Source of the DNA: a virus
Lineage: Duplodnaviria; Caudoviricetes
IMG/VR virus record: IMGVR_UViG_3300005253_000088
Span: 1-52,284 of that record
Reading direction: 5' to 3' (one strand)
DNA: 52,284 nucleotides
The position numbers and the translations under genes were made by a program. Every line of letters starts with the position of its first letter. Positions within the stretch are counted from its first letter, which is position 1. Below are positions 34,663 through 42,782 of this stretch, in pieces. A model generated the notes under the pieces. The model was not told the origin of the DNA. It saw only the letters and a program-made list of their open reading frames with translations, and made no database searches.

Positions 34663-36283
34663 TACTCCCCTATCGGATGACGAACAGCTAGCTGAAGACC
34701 TAGCCGGGTTTTATGCTGATCCACTAGGCTATGTCATGTATATGTGGCCTTGGGACACGGAAGCTTCAATCCAGTTGGTGGAATTGACTCCTGAGTATTA
34801 TGAACGGTTCCCTGGAGCAAAATGTGTCAATCCCGACTGTCCTTCTAAAGACCATGATCATGCCCATGGGCCGGATAAGTGGGCTTGCGAATTCCTTGAT
34901 CAGTTAGGGGAAGATATCAAGGAACGGAATTTTGATGGTACTCACGCTGTTCGACCTATCCAAAATTCAACATCTTCTGGGCACGGTATTGGGAAAACCG
35001 TGCTTGTTGGGATGCTAATTAAATTTATTTCAGATACTCGTCCATTCTCCCGAGGGATTGTAACAGCGAATACTGCTGATCAGTTACGAACTAAAACCTG
35101 GGCTGAATTAGGTAAATGGCATCGCCTATCTTTGACTAGCCATTGGTTCACTTACACCTCTGGCCGTAATGCTATGTCACTTTATCATAACGATTTCAAG
35201 GAAGAATGGCGTTGTGATGCTCAGACTTGCCGGGAGGAAAACTCTGAAGCATTCGCTGGGCTACATGCTGCTAATTCGACTGCTTATTATATCTTTGATG
35301 AAGCTAGTGCGGTGCCAAATAGTATCTTTGAAGTGCGAGAGGGGGGTACTACTGATGGAGAGCCAATGACCTTTGACTTTGGCAACCCAACCCGTAATAG
35401 TGGCCGGTTCTTTGATAACTGTAAGGGGCGTTTTAAAGCTGACTATCGGGTACGTTGTATCGATAGTCGAGATGTTCAGATCACTAACAAAGAACGCATC
35501 GACAGATGGATTGCTTCCTACGGGGAAGATAGTGACTTTGTAAAAGTTCGTGTCAAAGGAGAATTTCCTTCAGTCGGTAGTATGCAGTTTATTGGTACTG
35601 ACGATGTAGACAGAGCTATGGAACGCGAACCAACTGTAGATCGTTATGCACCTCTTATTATTGGTGTAGATGTGGCCCGGTTTGGGGATGACGACACTGT
35701 AATTTACCCTCGCATCGGTAACGACGCCCGTTCTTTTCCTATCGAACGCTATAAAGGTTTGGATACGATTCAAGTATCAGGAAAAGTTATAGAGTGTATT
35801 CGTCGGTTTCGCGCCATTGGAATGGACCCTTCGGCGGTGTTTGTAGATGGAGGTGGTATTGGCGCTGGAGTTGTAGATTATCTTCGCCATCTTGGTTATG
35901 ATATCATCGAAGTTCAATTTGGCGGTGGTGCTACTGATAAAGATGTCTATCGTTTCAAATCAGATGAAATGTGGGGAACAATGCGTGAGGCTATCGTTAC
36001 CAAGTTAGTTCTCCCGAAGCTCACAAGCCAAGGTGGGGTAGAATTAAAGGATCAGTTGACACAACGGGAGTTTGGGTATACAATCCAGGGGAATAAGGTT
36101 CATCTTGAATCTAAAAAAGATATGAAAGAACGGCTTGGGGGTGAAGCAGCTTCTCCTGATATCGCAGATGCGTTGGCTTTGACTTACGCACAAGAAGTAG
36201 CACCTTTGCGGATAGTTGCAGGCGAAAGAACTGCCGGGAAATTGATAACCTCTGAATTTGATCCTCTTGACGGAAAATATTAG
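34643..36283 (+). CDS. terL: Terminase large subunit (APSE/BPP-1 type)
   Basis: Walker A SGHGIGKT, TANT..QL..KTWAEL.KW, FAGLH, Walker B IFDEAS, GNPTR, nuclease GVDVARFGDD and SPD.ADALALT. Confidence 0.95.
   Translation: MTDVSRDTPLSDDEQLAEDLAGFYADPLGYVMYMWPWDTEASIQLVELTPEYYERFPGAKCVNPDCPSKDHDHAHGPDKWACEFLDQLGEDIKERNFDGTHAVRPIQNSTSSGHGIGKTVLVGMLIKFISDTRPFSRGIVTANTADQLRTKTWAELGKWHRLSLTSHWFTYTSGRNAMSLYHNDFKEEWRCDAQTCREENSEAFAGLHAANSTAYYIFDEASAVPNSIFEVREGGTTDGEPMTFDFGNPTRNSGRFFDNCKGRFKADYRVRCIDSRDVQITNKERIDRWIASYGEDSDFVKVRVKGEFPSVGSMQFIGTDDVDRAMEREPTVDRYAPLIIGVDVARFGDDDTVIYPRIGNDARSFPIERYKGLDTIQVSGKVIECIRRFRAIGMDPSAVFVDGGGIGAGVVDYLRHLGYDIIEVQFGGGATDKDVYRFKSDEMWGTMREAIVTKLVLPKLTSQGGVELKDQLTQREFGYTIQGNKVHLESKKDMKERLGGEAASPDIADALALTYAQEVAPLRIVAGERTAGKLITSEFDPLDGKY
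34652..34665. promoter_or_regulatory. Dispersed palindrome site 7, perfect GTATCACGTGATAC, at the terL start
   Basis: Direct match in the overlap of two CDSs. Confidence 0.65.
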
Positions 36284-36294
36284 GGAGTAGAAAT

Positions 36295-36531
36295 ATGTGT
36301 ATTGGTGGTCTTTTCGGCAGTTCTAAACCTTCTACTCCTGCTCCCCCTCCTTTGCCACCTCCTTTGCCTCCTATCACGGAACCTTCAGATGAGGATGTTG
36401 TTGGTACCCGTCAGAGAGCTAGACGCAGGGCAGCGACGGCTGGTGGCCGAGAATCTACTATTCTTACTGGCCCGCAAGGCTTAGGTCCAGTTGCTAGTAC
36501 AACCCAGAATACTATCTTGGGAACGGCTTAG
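36295..36531 (+). CDS. Small Pro-rich virion assembly protein upstream of the portal
   Basis: MC.GG...P.PPP...RRR....GR.STILTG..G is the typical gene before BPP-1/T7-type portals. Confidence 0.75.
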   Translation: MCIGGLFGSSKPSTPAPPPLPPPLPPITEPSDEDVVGTRQRARRRAATAGGRESTILTGPQGLGPVASTTQNTILGTA

Positions 36532-36534
36532 TTT

Positions 36535-38241
36535 ATGGCTGAGAAAGTAGATAAAAACTCTCGAAAATATTTTGATGGACGGCGAGGCGCTATGAAGACA
36601 GAGCGCCAGTCTTTTATCGCGCACTATAAAGATTTATCGAATTTTGTACAGCCTCGCCGTGGCCGTTTTCTTGTTACAGACAGAAATAAGGGAAAAACTA
36701 AGCACCAGAGCATTATCAATAGTCGTGCAACTTGGGCTTTGAGGGTAGCTCGTGCAGGTATGTTTGCAGGTGTTATGTCCCCTGCTCGACCTTGGTTTCG
36801 TTTAACTACTCATAATCCTGCTCTTATGGAATCCCATGCCGTTAAGTTATGGCTTGCTGAAGTTGAGAAGTTGATGCGTTCTATCTTTAACCAAGGCAAT
36901 CTTTACAATATGGCTCCAGTAATGCTTGGGGAACTACTGCTGTTTGGTACTGGGTGTATGCTCCATGTTGATGATTTTACTGATGTGGCCCGGTTCTATA
37001 CACAAACAGTCGGTTCTTATATGATCGCACAAAATGAGCGTTTTGTAGTTGATACGCTTGTGCGTGAGTTTCAGATGACGACTACTCAGTTGGTATCAAA
37101 TTTTGGATTAAATAATGTCAGTACCCAAGTGAAACAAGCTTTTGATCTTGGAAATTACGAAAATTGGTATGATGTTGTTCATTTTATTGAGCCTAACCCA
37201 GAGCATGACATTAAAAAGTTAAATAATAAATTCAAGCGTTTTCGTTCAGTTCATTTTGAGCCCAGCGATAAAACACCTGATAAGAATAAGTTTTTGAAAG
37301 TGGCGGGTTTTACTCGCTTTCCAGCCTATTGTCCTCGTTGGGATGTGGCGGGAGAAGATATCTATGGCACGGATTGCCCAGGTATGACTTCGCTTGGGGA
37401 TATTAAGCAACTTCAGATGGCTGAGAAACGTAAGGCTCAGGCCATAGCAAAAATGTCCAACCCGCCATTGCAAGGTCCGCCTTCTATTCGTAATGTTGAA
37501 AGTGTCCCTGGTGGATTTACACATAATATGGGGGCAACTGGGGGAAAGATTGAACCTATCTATGCGGTTAATCCGCAAGTGAATGAGTTGAATGCTGATA
37601 TCAAGGGGGTAGAACAACGCATAGAAGATAACTTTTTTGTGGATTTATTTTTAGCGGTTACCAATATGGAAGGTATTCAGCCCAAGAATCAGTTGGAGCT
37701 AAGTGAACGTACTGGAGAAAAGCTTCTTCAAGTTGGGCCTGTTTTGGAGCGTGTCCATGGAGAGTTTCTTGAGGGGTTGATTGATAACATTTTTGATCAA
37801 ATTATTGAGGGGGATATTTTACCTCTACCACCTGAAGAAATTCAGGGAGAAGCCTTGAAGGTGGAGTTTGTATCCTCTTTAGCTCAGGCTCAGAAATCTA
37901 TTGCTGTAGGGGGAATCGATCAGTTGGCCGCATTTGTAACAGGATTAGCGGGAGCTGGGTATGAACAAGCTTTAGATAAGTTTAGTGCAGATGAAGCTGT
38001 AGATTTATATAGTGATCTAATCGGGGGCTCACCTAAGCTTATTGTGCCTGATGAAGAAGTTGCTGAGCTACGGGAAGCTCGTGCTCAGGCTGAGCAGCAA
38101 GCGCAACAGCAAGCTATGCTTCTTGAGACGCTTAAGAGTGGTGGCGGTGCTATCAAGGATTTGGCTAGCGCTGACTTGGAAGGAGATAATGTAGCTTCTC
38201 GGACAGCAAGGATATTACAGGAAGCTGCGGGAAATGCCTAA
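36535..38241 (+). CDS. Portal (head-tail connector, T7 gp8/Bbp21-like)
   Basis: G.MSPARPWFRL, FGTG, RW....E.YG..CPG...LGD.KQLQ, PPL and E.L..GPVLER...EFL..LI. Confidence 0.93.
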   Translation: MAEKVDKNSRKYFDGRRGAMKTERQSFIAHYKDLSNFVQPRRGRFLVTDRNKGKTKHQSIINSRATWALRVARAGMFAGVMSPARPWFRLTTHNPALMESHAVKLWLAEVEKLMRSIFNQGNLYNMAPVMLGELLLFGTGCMLHVDDFTDVARFYTQTVGSYMIAQNERFVVDTLVREFQMTTTQLVSNFGLNNVSTQVKQAFDLGNYENWYDVVHFIEPNPEHDIKKLNNKFKRFRSVHFEPSDKTPDKNKFLKVAGFTRFPAYCPRWDVAGEDIYGTDCPGMTSLGDIKQLQMAEKRKAQAIAKMSNPPLQGPPSIRNVESVPGGFTHNMGATGGKIEPIYAVNPQVNELNADIKGVEQRIEDNFFVDLFLAVTNMEGIQPKNQLELSERTGEKLLQVGPVLERVHGEFLEGLIDNIFDQIIEGDILPLPPEEIQGEALKVEFVSSLAQAQKSIAVGGIDQLAAFVTGLAGAGYEQALDKFSADEAVDLYSDLIGGSPKLIVPDEEVAELREARAQAEQQAQQQAMLLETLKSGGGAIKDLASADLEGDNVASRTARILQEAAGNA

Positions 38242-38545
38242 AAAACAAACTGATATGGGTGACGAGGGCCAAGTTCAAGGGCGCAGGGATAAAACTCGAA
38301 TAGCTAAAGAGCAGGAACAGGAAGAATTAAGGCAAGTATTGCAAACACAAGTAGGTCGTGCTATCATATATCGGTTGATGCGTGAATGTGGAACATATCA
38401 TAGTGTTTTTGATACAAATGCTTTGGTTATGGCTTTTAATGAAGGTAGACGGCATGTGGGGTTAACTCTTTTAGAAGAAGTCTTGACAGACCACAATAAC
38501 GCATATATAATGATGCAACATGAAGCTAATGAAAAGGATAAGTAG
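38234..38545 (+). CDS. Bbp19-like conserved phage protein
   Basis: L..V..T..GR..I..L...CG....F......MAFNEGRR.VGL. Confidence 0.8.
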   Translation: MPKKQTDMGDEGQVQGRRDKTRIAKEQEQEELRQVLQTQVGRAIIYRLMRECGTYHSVFDTNALVMAFNEGRRHVGLTLLEEVLTDHNNAYIMMQHEANEKDK

Positions 38546-38547
38546 TA

Positions 38548-39207
38548 ATGGCTGAAGAAGAAGAAACGTCTTTAATCGGGGACGAAAGCGGGAAAGAGAA
38601 TGATGTTAAGGCTACAGAAGCTGAGACTAAGGATGCTAAGGTAGATGATGCCAAAGCTGTAGACGCTAAGGCAGATGATGCCGAAGCAAAAGCCGACGAG
38701 GAAACCAAAGAATCTGAGGATGACAAAGATCAAGATGGTGCTCCAGACGAGTATGCTGACTTTTCTATGCCAGAAGGTATGGATATCGACAAAGCTGCTC
38801 TTGCAGAATTCGCTCCTGTTGCAAAAGAGTTGAATCTGACACAAGATCAAGCTCAAAAACTTGTTGATATCCAGGCCAAGGCAGTACAAGATTCAGTGAA
38901 AGCTCAATCGGATGCGTGGGCAGAGACAAAGAAAACTTGGGAAGCTGAGGTTAAATCTGATAAAGAGATAGGTGGTGATAACTTCGATGAGAAGGTAGCA
39001 TCAGCTAAGCTTGCGTTGGATAAGATCGGTACTCCTGAGTTACGTGATCTACTGAATGCTACGGGTATTGGCAGTAATGTTGAGCTTATTCGAGCATTCT
39101 CTAAAGTAGGTGACATGATCAAAGATGATACGATGCACTTTGGCAGCGCTAGTAATTCAAGCGAAAAGAAAAGTCCTGCACAAATTCTCTTTCCCGATTC
39201 AAATTAA
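38548..39207 (+). CDS. Capsid scaffolding protein
   Basis: Acidic N-terminus; APE.Y.DF.MPEG, F...AKEL.L.Q.QAQKL.D, W......DKE.GG and G.GS..ELIR.F.KVG. Confidence 0.8.
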   Translation: MAEEEETSLIGDESGKENDVKATEAETKDAKVDDAKAVDAKADDAEAKADEETKESEDDKDQDGAPDEYADFSMPEGMDIDKAALAEFAPVAKELNLTQDQAQKLVDIQAKAVQDSVKAQSDAWAETKKTWEAEVKSDKEIGGDNFDEKVASAKLALDKIGTPELRDLLNATGIGSNVELIRAFSKVGDMIKDDTMHFGSASNSSEKKSPAQILFPDSN

Positions 39208-39220
39208 GGAGCACTAAGTT

Positions 39221-40231
39221 ATGGCTACTCTTTCAGTTAGAAATCCTACTCTTCTGGATATGGCTAAAGCTCAAGACCCAGACGGTAAAATTGCAGTTGT
39301 TGTAGAAATTTTGAATGAAGTCAATGAAATCCTGGATGATATGGTCTGGGTTGAAGGTAATCTTACGACTGGTCATATGACTACGCAACGGACAGGTCTT
39401 CCTGCGCCAACGTGGCGTAAGATGTATGGTGGCGTTCAGCCTACCAAGGGCACGACTGCTCAGGTGACTGATAACACTGGTATGTTGGTGGCGTTCTCAG
39501 AAATTGATATGGCACTGGCTAAGCTGAATAACAACACTGCTGCCTATCGATTGCTTCAGGATCGTGCTCATATTGAAGGCATGGCTCAGGAGTTGTCGGA
39601 TACTTTATTCTTCGGTAACGAAGATACTGAGCCCGAGGCGTTTACTGGGTTTGCCCCGCGTTACAATACTACTAGTGCTGAATCAGGTGATAACATCATC
39701 TTAGGTGGTTCAGCTTCTGGTCAAACTGACAATCGTAGTATTTGGTTGGTGACTTGGGGTGACGATCTTATCCACGGTATCATTCCTAAGGGCTCAACTG
39801 CTGGTCTTCAGGTTGAAGATTTAGGAATGCAGTTGCTTCAAGATGCTTCTGATGGCAGCAATACAGGTCGAATGAAGGCTCTCGTAAGTCACTATGAGTG
39901 GCACGCTGGTTTAACTGTTGCTGATTGGCGTTATGCTGCTCGTATTCCAAACATCGATAACTCTTTGCTTACTCCTGATGCGAGTTCAGGCGCTGATCTT
40001 GCTGACCTGATGTTCCAGGCCATGAACTTGATTCCGAACCTTTCTCGTGGCCGTCCAGCATTTTACATGAGCCGGGATATGTTGACCTTCCTTCGGCGTC
40101 AACTTTCTGCTGCTACTTCGATGAGTACGCTTCAGATTGAAAATGTTGGCGGTAAGATGGTCACAAGTTTCCAGGGTATTCCTATTCGCCGCTGCGATAC
40201 ACTCGCTGCTGATGAAACTCGGATCACCTAA
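39221..40231 (+). CDS. Major capsid protein (Bbp17-like)
   Basis: PTL.D.AK..DPDG.I..VVE.L...NEIL.D..W.EGN..TGH.TT.RTGLP.PTWRK.YGGV; ends F.GIPIR.CD.L...E..I. Confidence 0.93.
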   Translation: MATLSVRNPTLLDMAKAQDPDGKIAVVVEILNEVNEILDDMVWVEGNLTTGHMTTQRTGLPAPTWRKMYGGVQPTKGTTAQVTDNTGMLVAFSEIDMALAKLNNNTAAYRLLQDRAHIEGMAQELSDTLFFGNEDTEPEAFTGFAPRYNTTSAESGDNIILGGSASGQTDNRSIWLVTWGDDLIHGIIPKGSTAGLQVEDLGMQLLQDASDGSNTGRMKALVSHYEWHAGLTVADWRYAARIPNIDNSLLTPDASSGADLADLMFQAMNLIPNLSRGRPAFYMSRDMLTFLRRQLSAATSMSTLQIENVGGKMVTSFQGIPIRRCDTLAADETRIT

Positions 40232-40253
40232 ATTAAATTGAAGGAATAAGAAT

Positions 40254-40715
40254 ATGGCTATTTTGGATGAAAGATCAGAGTTTTGTGATGCAGTTGCTGT
40301 TCCTACGGGCGGTGCTGCCACTACTCTAGTTGGCGATGTTATGGACCTGGGTTCAGTCGCTCGTGATATTGGCCAAGGTAAACCGATCTATCTAAATATT
40401 AGCGTAGATACGGCTATTGCTGGCGGTACTGCTGTTCAGTTTGTTTTGGCAAGCGACAGCACTGCTGCTATTTCAACAGACGGCTCAGAAACTCGACATT
40501 TCTTGTCTGATGTTTTCGCTGTTGCTGATTTGATTGCTGGCTTTAGCTTTAGTATTGCATTGCCTATGGGCGATGTTGCAGCTTCAGTTACTCCCTATGA
40601 GCGTTACCTTGGCATCCTGGTGGTCGGTACGGGTACTCAGTCAGCTGGCGCTATTAATGCGTTTCTGTCTGTTGATCCGCACGGCTGGCGTAGTTATCCT
40701 GACGCTAATAACTAG
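40254..40715 (+). CDS. Bbp16-like capsid cement protein
   Basis: MAILD....F.D...., D..DL....RD.G.G.P.YL, ERYLG and AG.INAFL. Confidence 0.85.
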   Translation: MAILDERSEFCDAVAVPTGGAATTLVGDVMDLGSVARDIGQGKPIYLNISVDTAIAGGTAVQFVLASDSTAAISTDGSETRHFLSDVFAVADLIAGFSFSIALPMGDVAASVTPYERYLGILVVGTGTQSAGAINAFLSVDPHGWRSYPDANN

Positions 40716-40726
40716 GCGATATAATT

Positions 40727-40750
40727 CTCCGGGGGCAGTTGCTCCCGGAG
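40727..40750 (+). terminator. Hairpin after the capsid/cement genes
   Basis: CTCCGGGGGCA-GT-TGCTCCCGGAG stem; followed by a palindrome site rather than a U-tract. Confidence 0.5.
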
Positions 40751-40763
40751 TATCACGTGATAC
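40750..40763. promoter_or_regulatory. Dispersed palindrome site 8, perfect GTATCACGTGATAC, intergenic
   Basis: Direct match between the hairpin and the RBS of the next gene. Confidence 0.7.
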
Positions 40764-40776
40764 CTAAGGAACCATT

Positions 40777-41118
40777 ATGAAAGTTATCCTGAAACGAACT
40801 TTTTTTACTCCTAAAGGGCGTTTTCGTGCGAGCCTTACAAAGAAAGGTCCGCCTGTTGAAATTCCTGATGAGTATCGAGAGATATTACCCTCTGATGCCA
40901 AGATTGTGGACGATGATTATGTTGCACCTAAAGTAGAAGAAGGGCCGCAAACTTTAAGTGAAGCTGCAAGATCAGCCGGTCTTGATGTCGATAGAGTGTC
41001 CGCTGAAGATGCGGCCCGAGTGTTTGCAAAAGCTGAAGAAAATGAACTTGAAGATAAGGCTAAGAAATTTCAGGATGACCTTGCGGCAGAAAAAGCTGCC
41101 GGTAAACCAAAGAAATAA
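40777..41118 (+). CDS. Hypothetical protein (post-capsid gene)
   Basis: AAGGA RBS; syntenic position. Confidence 0.65.
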   Translation: MKVILKRTFFTPKGRFRASLTKKGPPVEIPDEYREILPSDAKIVDDDYVAPKVEEGPQTLSEAARSAGLDVDRVSAEDAARVFAKAEENELEDKAKKFQDDLAAEKAAGKPKK

Positions 41119-41131
41119 GGAAACTATTCCT

Positions 41132-42277
41132 ATGTTTAATTACCTAAAAACTTTAGCAGCAGGCGCTTTTCTATTTTTGATTGCTGCTTTCCCTGTTCAA
41201 GCTTCTCATACAGCTATCGTAGGCAGTACCTTTACGGCTGTTGATCAAGTTAGCACGGCTTTACGTGTAGCTACTTTAGGTGATACTGTTTCTATCCATA
41301 TCAACGGTGTTTACGATATGGTTGTAGAACTTCAGAAAGAAGTTGGTTCTCCAGGTTCTGGTGCTTGGGCTACTATCCCCGGCTTCAAAGATATTGCCCC
41401 CGCTGCTAACACTCAGTATCGAATTGGTTATACGACTGAGACTGCTAATGAGTCGATTCGTTTGCGTGTTACGACTGACACTAGCGGTACTCTTGTTTAC
41501 TCAATGTTCGATGGCCGTCTTACGCCCCGCACTTTTTCTCGTACTACCCATGTAAATGGTTTTGATGACTTTTATGCAAATGACATTGGCACCACAGGTG
41601 ATGCTACGTTCTCCCCGTCTATGGATTGGACATATTTTATTCACACTGACGGCACTCCTTTTGATGTTCTAGTCAGCATACAAGAAGGCGCTGGAGATAT
41701 GACATCTGGTACTGGCGGGACTATCGCGGCTGATGTTACTGCTGTTAGCGGTGACATAGTGGCTAACAGTGCTGCTTTAATTAGTGATGGTATAACTGCC
41801 GTAGAGTGGCGTGTTAAATCAGATAATGTCGGGGGCCAGTCTTTTGGTTTCGGCTTATCTGGTGTTGTTGCTATCGCTGATGCAATCGCTTTATTTACGA
41901 TTGATAGTAACCTTGTGACTGATACTGCCGCGACCAATGATATTGCTATCATGTTCTCAACTGATGCTGACGGTCTTACAGTTTGGCAATCAGTGTCTAC
42001 TAACGCAGGCAATGTCGGCAATAATGACGATGAGTGGGCCTGCGCTAACACTGTAGCAGCTAATACCTATTACAGGCTACGGATTGAAATTGAAGCAACA
42101 GGTGATGCTTTTTTCTTTGTTGATGGTAACTTGTGTGGTGTTGAAGCTCTAGCTATCGCTACTACGGCTCGATTGATTCCATATGCTTGGGCTACTTCAG
42201 CTACTGACACTACGACTGGTGGTGCTGTTATTATCGTGGACTATGTTGATTTTTATATGGCTCGGCCATCTGATTAG
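41132..42277 (+). CDS. Signal-peptide-bearing beta-sandwich + ConA-like protein
   Basis: Start ATG 41132: MFNYLKTLAAGAFLFLIAAFPVQA|. The C-terminal domain resembles the tail fibre C-terminus (FDDF...Y.LRIE....G.A.FFVDG...IVDY). Confidence 0.75.
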   Translation: MFNYLKTLAAGAFLFLIAAFPVQASHTAIVGSTFTAVDQVSTALRVATLGDTVSIHINGVYDMVVELQKEVGSPGSGAWATIPGFKDIAPAANTQYRIGYTTETANESIRLRVTTDTSGTLVYSMFDGRLTPRTFSRTTHVNGFDDFYANDIGTTGDATFSPSMDWTYFIHTDGTPFDVLVSIQEGAGDMTSGTGGTIAADVTAVSGDIVANSAALISDGITAVEWRVKSDNVGGQSFGFGLSGVVAIADAIALFTIDSNLVTDTAATNDIAIMFSTDADGLTVWQSVSTNAGNVGNNDDEWACANTVAANTYYRLRIEIEATGDAFFFVDGNLCGVEALAIATTARLIPYAWATSATDTTTGGAVIIVDYVDFYMARPSD

Positions 42278-42287
42278 GGAGACAAAA

Positions 42288-42764
42288 ATGGTTGGTTTAA
42301 CACGAAGAGAAGTTGTTCAGTCTCTTGATCGTTCAAGCCGGACTGTAACTGAAACAGCAGCTTTTACGTTTGATCCACGAGTTCACGGTGGCCGGATTAC
42401 GTTGCTTAGTCTGCTTGCGGGCTATACGGCTACACTGCCTGCGGCTATTGGTTCTGGCGTAATCTATCGCATCCATGTCGGTATCGTAAGAACTTCTAAT
42501 AGTTACATTATTCAAGTGATTAACTCTAGCGATAATATGGAAGGGTCTGTAACGATTGTCGATTCAGACACTAATGATAATTGTGAAGGATTTGTTACAA
42601 CTTCCAACACTTCTGACACTATCACTATGAATGCCACTACTACTGGTGGTCTTACCATCGGTGATTGGATTGAACTTGTCGATATCGCTGCAAATGTGTG
42701 GCATGTACGTGGCCAATTGTCAGGCTCTGGTGATTTAGCTACTCCGTTTAGTGCTGCTGTTTAA
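42288..42764 (+). CDS. Putative capsid decoration/structural protein
   Basis: Start ATG 42288; H.GR...L......TLPAA.GSG..Y, DTITMN.TTTGG..GD.IE..D.AA..W.V.G....G..ATPF. Confidence 0.7.
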   Translation: MVGLTRREVVQSLDRSSRTVTETAAFTFDPRVHGGRITLLSLLAGYTATLPAAIGSGVIYRIHVGIVRTSNSYIIQVINSSDNMEGSVTIVDSDTNDNCEGFVTTSNTSDTITMNATTTGGLTIGDWIELVDIAANVWHVRGQLSGSGDLATPFSAAV

Positions 42765-42782
42765 CCATAGGGAGCTTTTGTA

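Noticed and set aside
40958-41131. Upstream extension of the 439-aa ORF (also the extended starts at 2312, 9056, 14041, 18838, 32389 and 42183)
   Set aside because: Most overlap the preceding gene, and 18838 falls on a -35 box. The downstream ATGs have RBSs or translational coupling, and for 41132 expose a clean signal peptide.
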